Source: Coniocarpon cinnabarinum
Lineage: Eukaryota
DNA: 36,019 nt
Assembly: GCA_051942205.1 (NCBI GenBank)
Contig: JAVECO010000084.1
Location: 62,001 to 98,019, forward strand
Direction of reading: 5' to 3'
Shown here: positions 34,066 to 36,019 of the stretch, one piece after another
How positions within the stretch are numbered: the first letter of the stretch is position 1
How the letters are laid out: every line of letters starts with the position of its first letter
The notes under the pieces: model-generated
The model's input: only the letters and a program-made list of their open reading frames with translations
Database searches by the model: none
What the model was told of the DNA's origin: nothing
Made by a program: the position numbers and the translations under genes

Positions 34066-35792
34066 ATGTCGCGGAGGTCGAGCCGTTATGAGAAACGAGA
34101 ATACGATCGCTACGAGGAAGACTCCGTCGCTTCGCATGACTCACGAGATCACGATGCACGAGATCACGACGCAATAAGCGTTCGAAGCCGCAGAAGTCAA
34201 GACTTTAGTAATAGCAGGAGGAGTCAGGAATACAGCAATACCCGGGGACAAGACTACAGCAGCAATAACCGCAGCCTCGCGCGCGTGCAACCCCAATACT
34301 CGCAGTCGCTCGTCAAGAAGCGTTTAGTTGTCTACTGTGATGGTACGTGAATATCACACAATATCCACATCATTGTTTTGCGATCGATAACCATGGGCAC
34401 GAGCGCCACAACTATCTCCATCGCTGACGCATCCCGACCTCAGGCACCTGGGTCAACGCCAACTCCGTCGCTCACCACGGCAAAATCGAACCCCCTTCGA
34501 ACGTCTCCCGCTTCACACGCGCCGTCCGCTCCAGCACCACTTCTGGCATCCCCCAAATCGTGTATTACCAAGCAGGCATCGGCTCCATAGGCGGAGACGC
34601 GAACAAAATCATTGGCGGCGCCATCGGCGAAGGCATCGGCGAAAACGTCCGCGAAGCCTACTCCTTCATCGCCAACAACTACAATGTTGGCGATGAAATA
34701 TTTCTGCTCGGGTTCTCGAGGGGCGCCTTCACCGCCCGTAGTGTTGGCGGGCTGATTGCCAGTATCGGCGTGTTAACCAAGGCGGGGCTCAGTGCATTTC
34801 CGGTTATTTATAAGGACTTTCAGCACAGGTTTGAGAGGGGGTATCAGAGTCCGGCGCCAGATTTGCCGTTTCCTAATAAGCCGCCGGCTAGGAGTCCGGA
34901 GTATGGCGCTGAGCTGGAGCATAGGCATTTGACGACGTTAAATGTGAGGATCAAGGCTATTGGGGTCTGGGATACGGTTGGGAGTCTGGGTGTGCCGCGG
35001 GTCCAATGGCTTGGGAACTTTGGCAAGCGTGCTAATACTGAGGCGAGCGAGTATAAGTTCTATGACACTGGTCTTTCGGAGTGCGTGGACAATGCATTTC
35101 AAGCCCTGGCGCTGGACGAGCAACGCGCGAACTTCCAACCGGCCGTGTGGGAGAAGCGGAGTAATACTCGGACAAATCTCATCCAAGTGTGGTTTCCAGG
35201 CGTACATGCAAACGTCGGCGGCGGGTACAACGACCAAGAACTTGCGAATATCAGCCTAGCATGGATGATGGCCATGATGGATCCACTCCTCGAGCTGAAC
35301 CAAGAGTACATCCTCACCGAAGAAAAAAACAACGCCGCCTACTACGACTCGAAAGGCACAACGCCCCGTCCCTGGTCCTTCGGCAAAATCTACGCCTCCG
35401 ACTCCGGCGCCTTCAAAGCCGCAGGCAAGGTCACAAGAACTCCAGGAGACTATTTCCGTCTAGAGCCAGAGACCGGAGCAGAGACGCGAAAGCCGCTCAA
35501 GAACACGAATGAGTACGTGCATTCGAGCGTTAGGGCTCGGTTTGTGATGGAAGGACCTGGACGGGGTGGGAAGGGAATCTATACCCCACCGGCGCTGAAG
35601 GGGTGGCATTTAGATGCGCAGGAGGGACTGGATTTGCCGACGCCGTGGTATTGGGAACGTGAGGGCGAGGGGAGGGAACGGATCATTTTACCAGAAGCGC
35701 CACTGAGACGAATTGAGCGGATGTTGTTGGAGACGAGTCCGCAGGTGGGCGATGTGGTTGATGAACCTCCGGCTCCGAAAAAGCGGCGGTAG
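34066..35792 (+). CDS. DUF2235 (Tle1-like alpha/beta-hydrolase) protein (exons 34066-34342, 34444-35792)
   Basis: KRLVVYCDG|TW spans intron 34343-34443. GFSRGAFTARS, IGVWDTVGSLG, ALALDEQR and QVWFPGVHANVGGG follow. An alternative ATG lies at 34057. Confidence 0.92.
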
Positions 35793-36019
35793 CAATGGAT
35801 TTGATTTTAAATCGTGAGCGCTCGTGTCTCCTTGGTGTGTCTATCGTACACTCATCACGTCAACTCGAGCTGTCTCACACTCCATTCACCATCCTTCCCC
35901 CACCACCACCTCCATCCCCATCCTCAATGACCCAATCTCTCACGTCCCCCTTCCAATCCGCAATCCGCCCATCTCGTATCCTCACCACCACCACTCTTAC
36001 ACCCTCATCCTCAATAAAC

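Noticed and set aside
13743..35512. Many antisense or alternate-frame ORFs overlapping conserved genes
   Set aside because: They are shadow ORFs of GC-balanced coding sequence.
1..36019. CRISPR arrays, tRNA/rRNA genes and intact transposons
   Set aside because: The locus is eukaryotic. I saw no repeat-spacer structure, cloverleaf, transposase/RT motif or terminal repeat by eye.

Overview
Eukaryotic DNA from a filamentous ascomycete (Pezizomycotina-type genes with short GT-AG introns and CTRAC/CTAAC branch sites). The window has two parts. From about 11.7 to 36 kb it is a gene-dense housekeeping block: SPC19, a four-exon ATP18 missed by the ORF track, a SPOUT methyltransferase, LIP5, MED12/SRB8, SUI1/eIF1, an Mba1/mL45-like Tim44-domain protein, a mitochondrial-carrier-like protein, ADE1, SEC2 and a DUF2235 hydrolase. 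From about 0.6 to 9.9 kb there is no recognisable conserved gene. Instead it holds an array of about 9 apparently intact and 2-3 decayed copies of one divergent microprotein family (56-107 aa, both strands). The consensus is M-C-x8-C-x(2-11)-C-x(12-13)-C-x(4-11)-C-x(13-16)-C-x2-C followed by a charged or basic tail. Several copies share intron positions, and none has a signal peptide. This putative metal-binding microprotein array is the main novelty candidate. A probable GUG-initiated first exon of SEC2 is a second point of interest. All calls come from reading the sequence; no database searches were run.
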